From a virus, in the UHGV virus genome UHGV-0350099: a DNA stretch of 61,496 nt. One strand, 5' to 3'. The position numbers were made by a program, and so were the translations under genes. A model generated the notes under the pieces. The model saw nothing but the letters and a program-made list of their open reading frames with translations. It did not search any database and had not been told where the DNA came from. Within the stretch, counting starts at the first letter, position 1, and each line of letters begins with the position of its first letter. Shown here one piece after another: positions 18,353 through 28,644 of the stretch.

Positions 18353-18703
18353 ATGACCAGCAAAGATAACACACCACTAAAAGTCACCCCTGAACACATT
18401 GAACAACTCATTCAAAGTGAACATTATTTCACTGCATATGATGCCAGCCACGGGGATAACTTCATCTCCGTTTACAATTCAAAAACAGATATCGACAAAT
18501 GTCATGAGTCGTTAAAACTCTTAACGTTCTGCGTTATGGTTCTCAAAAATGGATATACCGTAACGGGAAAATCTGCGTGCGTAAGACCAGAAATCTTCAA
18601 CTTTGATGTTGGTCGCGAGTACGCTCGAAAAGATGCTATCGATCAAATCTGGCCCCTGGAAGGCTATCTCCTGAAGCAAAAGTGGCATGAGGCAAAGCAA
18701 TGA
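18353..18703 (+). CDS. Hypothetical protein
   Basis: 116-aa ORF; no motif recognised. Confidence 0.45.
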   Translation: MTSKDNTPLKVTPEHIEQLIQSEHYFTAYDASHGDNFISVYNSKTDIDKCHESLKLLTFCVMVLKNGYTVTGKSACVRPEIFNFDVGREYARKDAIDQIWPLEGYLLKQKWHEAKQ

Positions 18704-18945
18704 CGATCACTATCTACGGACGAGATAACTGCTCATACTGCAAACGTGCGGTCGAGCTGGCGAAGCAACTAAAGGGACATGGCTACGGTGATTATGAGTA
18801 CATCGACATCACCACTGCCGGTATCGACAAGGAAAAACTAAGTGAAATTGTTGGTAAACCGGTAGAGACTATCCCCCAAGTGCTGATCGATGGCCAACCG
18901 ATTGGCGGATACACAGAACTGGCTGCATACGTCAGCACCCTCTGA
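18700..18945 (+). CDS. Glutaredoxin/NrdH-like redoxin
   Basis: 81 aa; N-terminal TIYGRDNCSYCKRA with CxxC active site. Confidence 0.65.
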   Translation: MTITIYGRDNCSYCKRAVELAKQLKGHGYGDYEYIDITTAGIDKEKLSEIVGKPVETIPQVLIDGQPIGGYTELAAYVSTL

Positions 18946-18949
18946 TTTT

Positions 18950-18976
18950 AACGGCTCACAGGAGCCGTTTTTATTC
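18950..18976 (+). terminator. Rho-independent terminator
   Basis: ACGGCTC-ACAG-GAGCCGT followed by TTTTTATT. Confidence 0.55.
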
Positions 18977-19155
18977 CCACCAAACTCACTCCCGTTTCCC
19001 TTAAAATTCAAAAAACAACGTCAAAATGATTCCATACCTACTATGTATGGAATCATTGCTGAAAATGAGTTACTTTTACTCTTGATCCTATAAGAATCTA
19101 TGCCTAATATACTGTTTACTTATACAGTACATCGGCGTAACTCGGTGATTGTCAT

Positions 19156-20259
19156 ATGAAAAATAGCTTTGACAGAGCACGCGCTGCGGAGAACACCTCA
19201 AAAGAGGCGATTGAGTATCTCGAAAGAGCATCTCAAATGCAGGCCGTTATGATCTCGCAGGTTAGCAATGACATGAGATTCTCGGACGCATTCATGTTAT
19301 TCACTCGCTTATCTCTGCTGATAACCAGACGTCGGCCAGAGATCGCTGTTCATTGTATTTTGATACATGTTTTTCCGCACATTGCCGATGTAAAAGTAAG
19401 TGATATTAATAGGTTCATGGTGAACCAACTGGTCAACCCACTAATACTGGATGGCAAAATTGTTATGGGCCGCCGCGTTTTCTCTCTGATGAAGCAGTTC
19501 CTTAGCTGGTGCGCCTTCCAGGGGATGATAGACGTGTCACCGTTAAACGATATGTCACTTAACAAAGTTGCCGGTGGCGCAAAGCCCACGCCCCGCGAGC
19601 GGAAGCTGACTGACGCAGAGGTATGGGTGTTCTGGAATATATGGGACTACTTCAATGTGTGCGCTGGTACAAAATGGGCGGCCAGACTGTGTCTTGTATC
19701 AGCAAGACGACCTGACGAAGTACTGCGGGCTAAAAAAAGTGAGTTCAATCTTAAGCGTGGAGTTTGGAATCAAGGCAAGAGAAACAAGTCAGCACGTGAG
19801 CATTCGCTGCCTTTAAGCACATTAATGCGCACATGCATTGAAGAGTTGTTCGAATACGGTAAAGACAGCCAGTGGCTCGTGCCTTCGAATAAAAAAATCG
19901 GGAAAGACCTTCCTATGTCTAAAGTGGCAATAGCCCAGGCATTACGTCGTATTCTGGAACGACCAGAACTGATGGAGCTTGAGCCATTTACACCCCGAGA
20001 TTTGCGCCGTACTGCGCGTAGTTACTTCCCAGCATTAGGCATAAGCCAGGAGGTATCACGCAAAATCATGAACCACAGTCTTGAGGGGATAGATCGGGTC
20101 TACGACCGGCACGATTATATGGACGAGATGCGAGACGCCTTAGAAAGTTTCTCGACGTACATCGCATCAATCGTAGAGCAACCGGATTTAGACGAAATTG
20201 ACCACAAATTTAAGGGAGATCGTCTATCAACAGAGCTTATTCGTGTAAATTTTTCATAG
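19156..20259 (+). CDS. int: Tyrosine recombinase / phage integrase family protein
   Basis: 367 aa; C-terminal catalytic-domain pattern ARRPDEV...HSLPL...RDLRRTARS...HSLEGIDRVYDRHDY consistent with R-H-R-Y integrase fold. Confidence 0.7.
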   Translation: MKNSFDRARAAENTSKEAIEYLERASQMQAVMISQVSNDMRFSDAFMLFTRLSLLITRRRPEIAVHCILIHVFPHIADVKVSDINRFMVNQLVNPLILDGKIVMGRRVFSLMKQFLSWCAFQGMIDVSPLNDMSLNKVAGGAKPTPRERKLTDAEVWVFWNIWDYFNVCAGTKWAARLCLVSARRPDEVLRAKKSEFNLKRGVWNQGKRNKSAREHSLPLSTLMRTCIEELFEYGKDSQWLVPSNKKIGKDLPMSKVAIAQALRRILERPELMELEPFTPRDLRRTARSYFPALGISQEVSRKIMNHSLEGIDRVYDRHDYMDEMRDALESFSTYIASIVEQPDLDEIDHKFKGDRLSTELIRVNFS

Positions 20260-20640
20260 AGACTTTATGGCCTCAACAACCTTTTGTGATGCGCCTTTCT
20301 CTTTACCGAATCGCTCGTTATATGCAGCAAGAACCTGTTTTTCGTCCTCGTTAAGAGGAGCAGTGCCTTCTTTGTATAAAAATGCTGCGAGTTCGGGTTG
20401 GCGTTCTTCCAGCACCATCATCATAAGACGACTTGGCTCAATACCCAGCGCCAGCGCCAACGGACGAACCTTATCGATAGGCAAAGGAATTTTGCCACTT
20501 TTAATTAAAGAAAGGTTGTTGGCATTTTTGTAACCAATAAGTCTGGCTATTTGGGCCTGACTCATAGGTGAGGATTCAATCAACCCTGCGATAAAAGCAG
20601 CGTAGCGACTTTCTATAAATTCAATCTTGTTATCAGACAT
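20254..20640 (-). CDS. XRE-family HTH transcriptional regulator (candidate phage repressor)
   Basis: 128 aa; N-terminal HTH MSQAQIARLIGYKNANNLSLIKSGK; convergent with integrase; palindrome GGTAAGTGCTTACC in its upstream region. Confidence 0.6.
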   Translation of the reverse strand: MSDNKIEFIESRYAAFIAGLIESSPMSQAQIARLIGYKNANNLSLIKSGKIPLPIDKVRPLALALGIEPSRLMMMVLEERQPELAAFLYKEGTAPLNEDEKQVLAAYNERFGKEKGASQKVVEAIKSL

Positions 20641-20671
20641 GGTTACAACCTTTGCGCGTTCAATTCTCTCT

Positions 20672-20685
20672 GGTAAGTGCTTACC
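20672..20685. promoter_or_regulatory. Perfect palindrome GGTAAGTGCTTACC in repressor upstream region (candidate operator)
   Basis: Same core as dispersed GGTAAGT..ACTTA motifs found before many replication genes. Confidence 0.45.
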
Positions 20686-20891
20686 GATATTACATCAAAG
20701 GTTAGGGTTGTAAAGCTATTATCATTTTTTTCGATAGGCACTTAAAAGACCGGTTAAAGGCCATTGCACGGAGAAAAATTAGCCCAAAATAGGTAAGAAA
20801 ATCAACTTGCATATGATATGAATGTATTCAGTATTGATACAAATTTTAGTAGTATTCCTTACCATAGTATAAGTTAGAATGGATTGATTGA

Positions 20892-21104
20892 ATGAAAACC
20901 ACTATTTCCAGCCTAATCGCTCTTGAGATCGGACACGTACAGAAATTAGCTGATGAGTGTGTAGCTGACATCCTCACCGATCTACCGAATGAGCAGATTC
21001 AGGTTGGTGTGAATGACACAACTGGATTTATATTCGAACTTAACAACAAACGCTTCACGCTTCTCAATACCGGCTCCGGGTCTTTAGCCGTCAGAATCTG
21101 TTAA
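20892..21104 (+). CDS. Hypothetical small protein divergent from repressor
   Basis: 70-aa ORF on opposite strand across a 250-bp AT-rich intergenic region. Confidence 0.35.
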   Translation: MKTTISSLIALEIGHVQKLADECVADILTDLPNEQIQVGVNDTTGFIFELNNKRFTLLNTGSGSLAVRIC

Positions 21105-21202
21105 CCCCTCTTCTCCCTGCGCGAATGGCTTAGTTCCCTGTTCGCGCAGTGCTACATTAAACACACTAGTAAATAATTTGTTTTCATAACAAAGGATTAG
21201 CC

Positions 21203-23311
21203 ATGTCTAAAAAACGTTCCATCAAAGAGGTTCAGGACTTCCGTGACAGTGTAAAACGAGTAGTCGCTCTCCTTTCAGGTAAAAACATCCCTGTTGCAGA
21301 ACGAGGGGACGACGCTTATGTACGCTATAACGATGATGGAGAGCCAATTCTCGTAAACATCCCATCAATCCCGGATAACGCAACACCGGCATTGATGAAT
21401 GCTGTGCGCGGATTTCTCGATCATGAGGTTGCTCACATTTTGTTTACCGATATTCGTGTGTCCAACAAAATGAGAGAAAAAGGACGCGTTCCTTCCTGGT
21501 CGCTATGGAATGCCTTAGAAGACGTGTTCATCGAGCGAAAAATGGGTCAGGTCTTTAACGGAACAAGACGTAATCTGATGGCAACTCAGCGCCTTATAAT
21601 CGAAAAAGTCTTTAAACCAAAGGCTTCAGAGGCTATTGCTTATTGTGGCAAAGATCAGCGCGCGCTTTTTCTAAACTTCTTTCTCTGTCCGGTTGTAAGA
21701 GCCTGGGATGGCCAAGCACCGTTCGTAGATTTCATGGATGAATATTGGCCTGTCATTGAGAAACCAATTTCATTATTAAAAGAACATGGTATCGATGTGG
21801 CCGTGCGTAACATGTCTTGCACCGAGGATTGTGTAAAGGTGGCTGCGACCATAGCTAAGATCCTCAAAGACACTGAAAGTGAAAGCAAAGGTAAGGAGTC
21901 AGCTCCGGGAAAAACTTCCGATCCTTCAGACGCTGACCAGACGGATGCCTCTGGAGAAAACAATGAAGACAACGAAGATCATGAGACACCCTCATCGTTA
22001 GATAATCACAAATCTATTAAATCAGAGTCACATAGTAAGCACAAACATGATAATAACGACAGTGATGATTCAGATAATCCTGAATCATCAGAAACAATAT
22101 TCGATGATACAGAAAATGATAAAGCGGTATCAGATTCTGATGCTTCTGATAACGCGGCGTCAGAATCATTAACCGCTGACCACGAAAAAAGAAAAACGAC
22201 AGAAGACGGCTCTTCAGACATTCCAACTCCGTCAAAAATGAGTCTGGAAGAGGCTTTAGAGGAGTTGGATAGCATGGAAGATGAAGTCGGAGGCATGACA
22301 GAAGATGCGCTATCCGAAACGATTAAAAGCGAGTTAACAGAAAGCTCGAAAAGCGAATACAGGCCATACAATCGCTCATACGACTTCATCGGCTCGATTG
22401 ATCAGGCAGAAGCCCATATCAAACGGCTTATTAAAACATTCTCCGATATTGATTTAGGTGGATATCCAATCAGCCGTTATCGCATCGTTCCTGAAGGCAA
22501 CCAACTCTTCGACAAATATATTGAAAAGCACCTTTCGTCAGGTGTTTCGTCGACGCTGGCAAAAGACCTGGAACGTGCAATAGCAAGCAGAAACAGAGTT
22601 CAGTTTATACCTGGCCAGCGTCGGGGGCGCATTCATGGTTCAAGTATCTACAGATTAACAATGAATGATGATCGCGTGTTTCGTAAAAAAGAAGAATCTA
22701 AAGCCGTTAACGCCTGTGTTCAACAAGTGATTGATTTATCGGGTTCAATGAGTGGCGAAACGATAAAACTAGCTCTTGCAAGTGCATATACCATCGCCGA
22801 TGCACTTGATCGAATAAATGTTCCCAACATTATCACCGGCTTCACTACATTTGGCAGTCATATGGCAGCAGGAGAACTTAAGGCTATCAAATATGAGTTC
22901 TCTCGCTTTGAATCTTTAATGCTACCTATCATCAAAAATTGGAATGAAAAAGCAAATTCTCGCGAAGTTCGCTCACGTATGGGGTGCGTAGGCTACACAT
23001 TCCCACTTCTTAATAACGTGGATGGTGAAAGCATAGCCAGCCTTGCATCGTTATTTTCCGGTCGCTTGGAGGACAGGAAGATCATGCTTGTTCTGAGCGA
23101 TGGCGCGCCGTGGGCTGTTGGGAGAGGTTTTGACGCCCATTTGCGTTCGGTTACGAAGCAAATTGAAACGCAGACTGACATTGATTTGATGGCAATTGGC
23201 ATCATGACTGATGCACCGGAGAGATTTTACGCAAATCATGCCCTGGTAACTAGTGTTGATAGTCTTGGTTCATCTGTAGTTACTGAACTATCTCGTATCA
23301 TTTTGAAGTAA
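21203..23311 (+). CDS. vWA-domain protein, CobT-like, with long acidic low-complexity linker
   Basis: 702 aa; MIDAS-like DLSGSMSG motif near C-terminal domain; Asp/Ser/Glu-rich linker around 21900-22300. Confidence 0.65.
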   Translation: MSKKRSIKEVQDFRDSVKRVVALLSGKNIPVAERGDDAYVRYNDDGEPILVNIPSIPDNATPALMNAVRGFLDHEVAHILFTDIRVSNKMREKGRVPSWSLWNALEDVFIERKMGQVFNGTRRNLMATQRLIIEKVFKPKASEAIAYCGKDQRALFLNFFLCPVVRAWDGQAPFVDFMDEYWPVIEKPISLLKEHGIDVAVRNMSCTEDCVKVAATIAKILKDTESESKGKESAPGKTSDPSDADQTDASGENNEDNEDHETPSSLDNHKSIKSESHSKHKHDNNDSDDSDNPESSETIFDDTENDKAVSDSDASDNAASESLTADHEKRKTTEDGSSDIPTPSKMSLEEALEELDSMEDEVGGMTEDALSETIKSELTESSKSEYRPYNRSYDFIGSIDQAEAHIKRLIKTFSDIDLGGYPISRYRIVPEGNQLFDKYIEKHLSSGVSSTLAKDLERAIASRNRVQFIPGQRRGRIHGSSIYRLTMNDDRVFRKKEESKAVNACVQQVIDLSGSMSGETIKLALASAYTIADALDRINVPNIITGFTTFGSHMAAGELKAIKYEFSRFESLMLPIIKNWNEKANSREVRSRMGCVGYTFPLLNNVDGESIASLASLFSGRLEDRKIMLVLSDGAPWAVGRGFDAHLRSVTKQIETQTDIDLMAIGIMTDAPERFYANHALVTSVDSLGSSVVTELSRIILK

Positions 23312-23327
23312 TTAAAACAGCCTTAAT

Positions 23328-23349
23328 GATAAGTAACTACTTACCATAG
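23328..23349. promoter_or_regulatory. Palindromic intergenic motif GATAAGTAACTACTTACCATAG
   Basis: Member of dispersed TAAGTA/TACTTA motif family. Confidence 0.45.
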
Positions 23350-23406
23350 TTAATGGTATATTTATATAAGAACTTGAACGCTCATTAGAGAACAAAGGAA
23401 AAGCGC

Positions 23407-24642
23407 ATGACTACTACTGCACTGCAAAATGATAAAAATCCTTCTGATTACCTTGTTTGCAAGTGGTGCGGCAAATCATTTCACTATTTTAAGTCCCATG
23501 TAGCCAATGGTAATTGCGAGGGCATTCCTGAGTCAGTAAAAGATGCCGATCCTGACACCGTACTGAAAATGTACACAACGCAGTTTCCAGATGAACCAAC
23601 GCTATCGAAAAAGGCACTTGATGCAATTCAAGCTAAACGTGCCGAGCAAAAAAGCGAAATGGCGAAATCTTCTGGCTTGACCAGTAGCCCAGGCTACACA
23701 GGCACAGTTGAGTACAAGACAGATCTGGTCGCAGCTCACGAACTGCTAAACGTAACGGTGGAAGAACTCGGAACAAAACGTGGGACGCCGCTCATGGTTA
23801 GCGTCAACGTCAATACGCCGTATCCAGAGTTCGTTCCAGAAGTGAAGAAGGGCTACGTATATGGCGACTTCGAACTGATCAAAGATATTTTCATGATGCT
23901 TGAACTTGGCATACCTGGCTATTTGTGGGGTCATGCAGGAACAGGCAAATCGTCATTGCCTACACAGCTATGTGCTTTGCTCAATCGTCCGTTGATCCGT
24001 GCCCAACATACAGCATCAATGGAAGAGGCACATGTTACGGGGCAAATTCTGGCGCGTGATGGCTCTACGTATTTCGAGCCTGGCTTGCTTGCGCTCGCAA
24101 TGAAGCATGGCTGGGTTTACCTCGCGGATGAATACGACTTTGCGTTTCCACAAATTCTTGGCGTGTATCAGCCAGTGCTGGAAGGTGAGGCGTTGGTCAT
24201 CAAAGAGGCAACTCCAGAATGGCGTCGCATTACTCCGCATGAACGGTTTGCTTTCATTGGCACTGGCAACACAAACGGTTCTGGTGATGAAACCGGCTTG
24301 TACCAGGGTACAAACATCCAGAACGCCGCGAACTTTTCACGTTTTGGCATCGTTTCGAATGTGAAATACATGAGCAAAGAGGCAGAGATCAACATGTTGA
24401 TAAATGCCGGCATCGTGGATGAGTACGCTGAAAAGATGGTTAAGTTTGCCGGTATCGTTCGCGATGGATATGAAGAACACCTTATCAGCCAGCCAATTGG
24501 GCCTCGTGAGCTTTTGTTGTCGGCCAAGATTGGAATGATGCGAGGCGACTTTGTGGCAGGTATTGAGCGTTCTTTCATTAACAAACTCCCTTCAGCTTCT
24601 GCGCAAGCGGCTCGTGAAGTTGTTCAAAAAATATTTGGTTAA
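23407..24642 (+). CDS. AAA+ ATPase, MoxR/CobS-like
   Basis: Walker A GHAGTGKSSL, Walker B-like VYLADEYDF; adjacent to vWA partner. Confidence 0.7.
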   Translation: MTTTALQNDKNPSDYLVCKWCGKSFHYFKSHVANGNCEGIPESVKDADPDTVLKMYTTQFPDEPTLSKKALDAIQAKRAEQKSEMAKSSGLTSSPGYTGTVEYKTDLVAAHELLNVTVEELGTKRGTPLMVSVNVNTPYPEFVPEVKKGYVYGDFELIKDIFMMLELGIPGYLWGHAGTGKSSLPTQLCALLNRPLIRAQHTASMEEAHVTGQILARDGSTYFEPGLLALAMKHGWVYLADEYDFAFPQILGVYQPVLEGEALVIKEATPEWRRITPHERFAFIGTGNTNGSGDETGLYQGTNIQNAANFSRFGIVSNVKYMSKEAEINMLINAGIVDEYAEKMVKFAGIVRDGYEEHLISQPIGPRELLLSAKIGMMRGDFVAGIERSFINKLPSASAQAAREVVQKIFG

Positions 24643-24822
24643 TCGTGCGTAAAGGATGTTTCGGCTCTCTTATCGCTGCTTCTGAAACTGGCAAGGCTTG
24701 TCTGGGGTGTCCAGACAAGCCCGATTGTCACCAATCAGCAAAAGAAGTTGCGATTTCGATGTATGGGAAGTTCGTAGGCTTCCCCAATGACAAAATCAAA
24801 AAAACCAGAAAGGTAAAAACAC

Positions 24823-27800
24823 ATGAAGGCACTGATGGTTCGAACTGACTTCTCACTTGGGGAGTCGGCTCTAAAAGCAGAAAACGCGGTGAAGATTGCC
24901 AGAGAAGCTGGCTACACCGCTGTAATTTCAGCAGATAGCATGAATATTGCGAGCGTTATTCCACTACAACGTGCCGCTGGTGACGACATGGCGGTTATTT
25001 GTGGTGTGAAACTAAACATTGTTGATGATCCCACATACGAGCACCGGGCTAAACTTGCTAAAGAATCTATGAGATGTATGGAATCATTAGAGCGGGGACG
25101 TAACTACTCGTTTACCGCTCTAATTAAAAATGAGCAAGGATATCGCGACATCTGCGAACTAATGACGGTGGCCAACACACGAGAACAGTTCTACTTTGTA
25201 CCGCGTCTCTCGCTCGAACAGTTGGTTTCTACATATGCCAAAGGCAACATCATCCTGCTTACTTCCGACATCGGTAGCGTGTTCCAACGCAACGATTTTG
25301 CAAAAATCATAAGCACACTGATTACAGCGGGTGGAAAAGACAACTTCTATAGTGTGGTTTATCCGCACCCTACCCCATTCTACGACCAGATTAACGTCCG
25401 AGCGATGAAAGTAGCCAGCGCACTGAAAATAGAGCCAGTAGCGTTCTATCCCGCTTATTACGAATCGATCGACGATGCAGACATTAAAGACATTGCGCAC
25501 ATGGTTACGAACAACATAAAAATCGACCAGCCGCATCGTCTGCGTATCCCCCACCAGCGAGATAACGCCATCAATGGTCGTCGCCATCTCCTTGAGGCGC
25601 TTAAAGCCTTCTCCGTTCGCATGGATGTGCCGGTAACAGCTGCAATGGCCTCAACAACGCAGGACTCCATTATCGATGCCTGCACATGGCGCTGGCATGA
25701 ATTGCCACCAGCACTGCCCAAGATGGCAGACGACGAACCTGCAACGCTGATGAAACTGGCTGTTGCAGGGCTGCGTAAACGTCTTACCACAAAAGAGTTT
25801 GGATACACACCACCTGCTTCTGAGAACAGGGTTTATGTTGAGCGGCTAAAGTACGAAATGAACACGCTGACTCGCCTGGGATTTTGTGGTTACTTCCTGA
25901 TGGTACGCGATCTGATGAATCACAGCCGTGAAACTGGCATTCCTGTCGGGCCTGGTCGTGGTTCCTCTGCCGGTTCTCTGGTGGCGTGGTGCATAGGCAT
26001 AACCAACGTCGACCCAATCCGTCACGGTCTTCTGTTTGAGCGTTTCATCAACCCTGAGCGTCTCGACTTGCCGGATGCGGACTTGGACTTCAGCCAGGCA
26101 CGTCGCCATGAGGTGATCGAGTATCTGAATGAACGCTACGGCGAAGATTACGTTGCAGGCATTCCGAACTTCACCTATCTGGGCGCGGCATCTGCACTAC
26201 GTGACACCGCTCGTATTTATGGTGTGGAGTCCGCAGATATGGCGGTATCAAAAGAACTGAAGAACGTCGAGGATGATAGCCTTCCATTGGAAGAGCTGCG
26301 CGAACAACTGGCAAGTCTCGACAAATACGCAACAAAATATCCTGATGCATTCAATGCAGCCTGCAAGTTACAAAGCCTTATGCGTGGCTTTGGTAGACAT
26401 GCGGCAGGGATGATTGTAGCAGGTGTTCCTCTGACAGAACGTACACCGGTTGAGCGCCGTGGTGACGCGCGTTGTATCGCATTTGACAAGCGTTACTGCG
26501 AGGCTATGGGCCTAATTAAGCTGGACGTGCTTGGCCTGGCAACTCTCGATTTGCTCGATAGTGCAAAACGCTACATAAAAGAGAACACAGGTGAAGATAT
26601 CAATCTTGATGCCATTTCTCTTGAAGATCGCAAGGTGCTGGATGGTTTTGCTGCAGGGTATACACAGGGCGTATTCCAGCTGGAGTCCGGCCCCATGCGC
26701 AAGCTGCTTAAAGATCTAGGCGGTGGCATTGAGCCAATGAGCTTTAAAACCGTTGTCGCCACGACCGCACTCTTCCGACCTGGCCCGATCCAATCCGGCA
26801 TGTTGGACGACTATGTTTCTGTCGCCAAAGGCTTTATGACGCCGGAATCATTACACCCCGTTCTTGATGAACTTACCGCGGAAACAAATGGCGTGATTCT
26901 CTATCAGGAACAGACGATGAACGCGACTCGATTGCTTGCCGGCTTCACAATGGCTGAAGCTGACGGTGTGCGTTCCGCAATCGGTAAGAAGAACATGGAA
27001 AAAATGAAGAGCATGGGCGAGAAGTTCATCGTTCAGGCTCAAGCTGGCTGGATAGACGTTGAGCTGGAAGATGGCACTACACAGCGCATTCACCGTGCGG
27101 AACATTTTAAATGCGAAGACGGAACTCTGAAAACTGTCGAAGAGGCACTTGAGCACGGCGCAAAACTACCTATAAACGCAGTACGCGTTACAGCGTCACA
27201 TCCAGGGCTATCAGAGATGAAAGCGAAGGAGATCTGGACCGCATTCGAAAAAAATGGTGCCTACCAGTTCAATAAATCACACTCCGTTGCTTATTCTTTA
27301 ATCAGTTATCAGTCTATGTGGCTAAAGACGCACTACCCTGCTGAGTTCTTCGCAGCTGCGCTCACCATTCTGGGCGAGGATAAGCATCAGGGGCTGGTGA
27401 AGGATGCGCTGACCTATGGCATTCGCGTATTGCCACCAGACGTTAATGTGTCATCTAACCGAATTGAGATCCGCACACTCGAAGACGGCAGTCAGGCACT
27501 GTATGCGCCATTCTCTGCTGTGAAAGGCTGTTCTGAAAATGGTTGTCAGGCAATTATGCGTGCGCGTGAGAAAGTTGGTGGCAAATTCGAGTCAGTGGCA
27601 CAATTCGATGAAGCGGTCGAGAAGCGTGCATGTAACAGTCGTGTACGCGAGTCGCTTCATAAAGTAGGGGCTTTTGCGTCAATTGAGCCAGGCAGTCTGC
27701 CAGCAACTGATCCTGAACGACTGCGCGACCAGGCTGAGCTGATGGGCAATCTCATCATTGACGCTGTTAAAGCATCACGTCCGTTCGAAATGAATCCTAA

Positions 27801-28341
27801 GCGTTCTGCCGAAATCAACGTACTCATGACACGTATGGCGGCTGAAATGGGCTTGGGTGAGGAGTTGATACGCCCGACTATTGGTATTAAACCCAAAATC
27901 ATGATCATTCTGGACAATGCGAACGGCAATGACGCTCGTACCGGCTACTTCATGGAGAACGGATACGACGACTTTAAGGCAAAACTACTGACAGTTGGAG
28001 ATCTGCGCATGGGCGATCTTTATGTCACGGGTGTTTGTAAGAAGGTTAAGGACAAAGAGAAAGACTATACCAAAGACGAGATAGGCCAGTTCACAGACTT
28101 TATGCGGGAAGAAATTAATCTTGTACGACCAACCTACATTTTGACGTGTGGTAGTCGTTCAACCGCACTATTTAACAATAAGAGTAAACCATCAGATCTG
28201 ATTGGTCGTAAGGAGTACTTCCCAGAGCTTGATGCAACCGTCTTCTACGGATTTAACCCGAATATCCTGTACTTCCGACCGGAAGAAGGAGAGCGACTGG
28301 AGGCCATTCTGGCTGATATCGCGGAGACAATAAATAAGTAA
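24823..28341 (+). CDS. dnaE: DNA polymerase III alpha-subunit-like (DnaE-family, C-family polymerase)
   Basis: 1172 aa; N-terminal PHP-like region; core GFCGYFLMVRDLM...GPGRGSSAGSLVAWCIGITNVDP...PDADLDF. Confidence 0.9.
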   Translation: MKALMVRTDFSLGESALKAENAVKIAREAGYTAVISADSMNIASVIPLQRAAGDDMAVICGVKLNIVDDPTYEHRAKLAKESMRCMESLERGRNYSFTALIKNEQGYRDICELMTVANTREQFYFVPRLSLEQLVSTYAKGNIILLTSDIGSVFQRNDFAKIISTLITAGGKDNFYSVVYPHPTPFYDQINVRAMKVASALKIEPVAFYPAYYESIDDADIKDIAHMVTNNIKIDQPHRLRIPHQRDNAINGRRHLLEALKAFSVRMDVPVTAAMASTTQDSIIDACTWRWHELPPALPKMADDEPATLMKLAVAGLRKRLTTKEFGYTPPASENRVYVERLKYEMNTLTRLGFCGYFLMVRDLMNHSRETGIPVGPGRGSSAGSLVAWCIGITNVDPIRHGLLFERFINPERLDLPDADLDFSQARRHEVIEYLNERYGEDYVAGIPNFTYLGAASALRDTARIYGVESADMAVSKELKNVEDDSLPLEELREQLASLDKYATKYPDAFNAACKLQSLMRGFGRHAAGMIVAGVPLTERTPVERRGDARCIAFDKRYCEAMGLIKLDVLGLATLDLLDSAKRYIKENTGEDINLDAISLEDRKVLDGFAAGYTQGVFQLESGPMRKLLKDLGGGIEPMSFKTVVATTALFRPGPIQSGMLDDYVSVAKGFMTPESLHPVLDELTAETNGVILYQEQTMNATRLLAGFTMAEADGVRSAIGKKNMEKMKSMGEKFIVQAQAGWIDVELEDGTTQRIHRAEHFKCEDGTLKTVEEALEHGAKLPINAVRVTASHPGLSEMKAKEIWTAFEKNGAYQFNKSHSVAYSLISYQSMWLKTHYPAEFFAAALTILGEDKHQGLVKDALTYGIRVLPPDVNVSSNRIEIRTLEDGSQALYAPFSAVKGCSENGCQAIMRAREKVGGKFESVAQFDEAVEKRACNSRVRESLHKVGAFASIEPGSLPATDPERLRDQAELMGNLIIDAVKASRPFEMNPKRSAEINVLMTRMAAEMGLGEELIRPTIGIKPKIMIILDNANGNDARTGYFMENGYDDFKAKLLTVGDLRMGDLYVTGVCKKVKDKEKDYTKDEIGQFTDFMREEINLVRPTYILTCGSRSTALFNNKSKPSDLIGRKEYFPELDATVFYGFNPNILYFRPEEGERLEAILADIAETINK

Positions 28342-28347
28342 TAAAGA

Positions 28348-28372
28348 AAACCCGCCTGTTGGCGGGTTTATA
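28348..28372. terminator. Bidirectional rho-independent terminator between dnaE (+) and cspA (-)
   Basis: AAAACCCGCC-TGTT-GGCGGGTTTAT, A-tract and T-tract on either side. Confidence 0.65.
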
Positions 28373-28644
28373 AAGAATTATGGCGCTTGTTGAGGAAGTC
28401 ACTCCTCTTACGCACTTTGTTTTGCCATGCCGGCAGTTAGCTTCTGCCTTTGACTATTCATGCGGCAACCCCGCATTTCGCCACAATGGGCAATTCACTT
28501 TTATGGAATAAACTGGCCGTTGTGTCGATTTAATTAGCATGGCCTTACCATGCTAATTTATTCAACTTGTACAATCCTACAAATCTATCCACTCAGGCTT
28601 ACACCGTCTTCGTTATTGTAGAAATGAGGATCATCAGCGTTGAA

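Noticed and set aside
21655-22389. Antisense ORFs (Ser/Leu-rich) within the CobT-like gene
   Set aside because: They arise from the acidic low-complexity linker region read on the opposite strand; no independent signals.
25159-27929. Several 77-142-aa antisense ORFs inside dnaE
   Set aside because: Entirely embedded antisense to a well-supported, motif-rich polymerase gene; typical of spurious ORFs in GC-balanced coding DNA.
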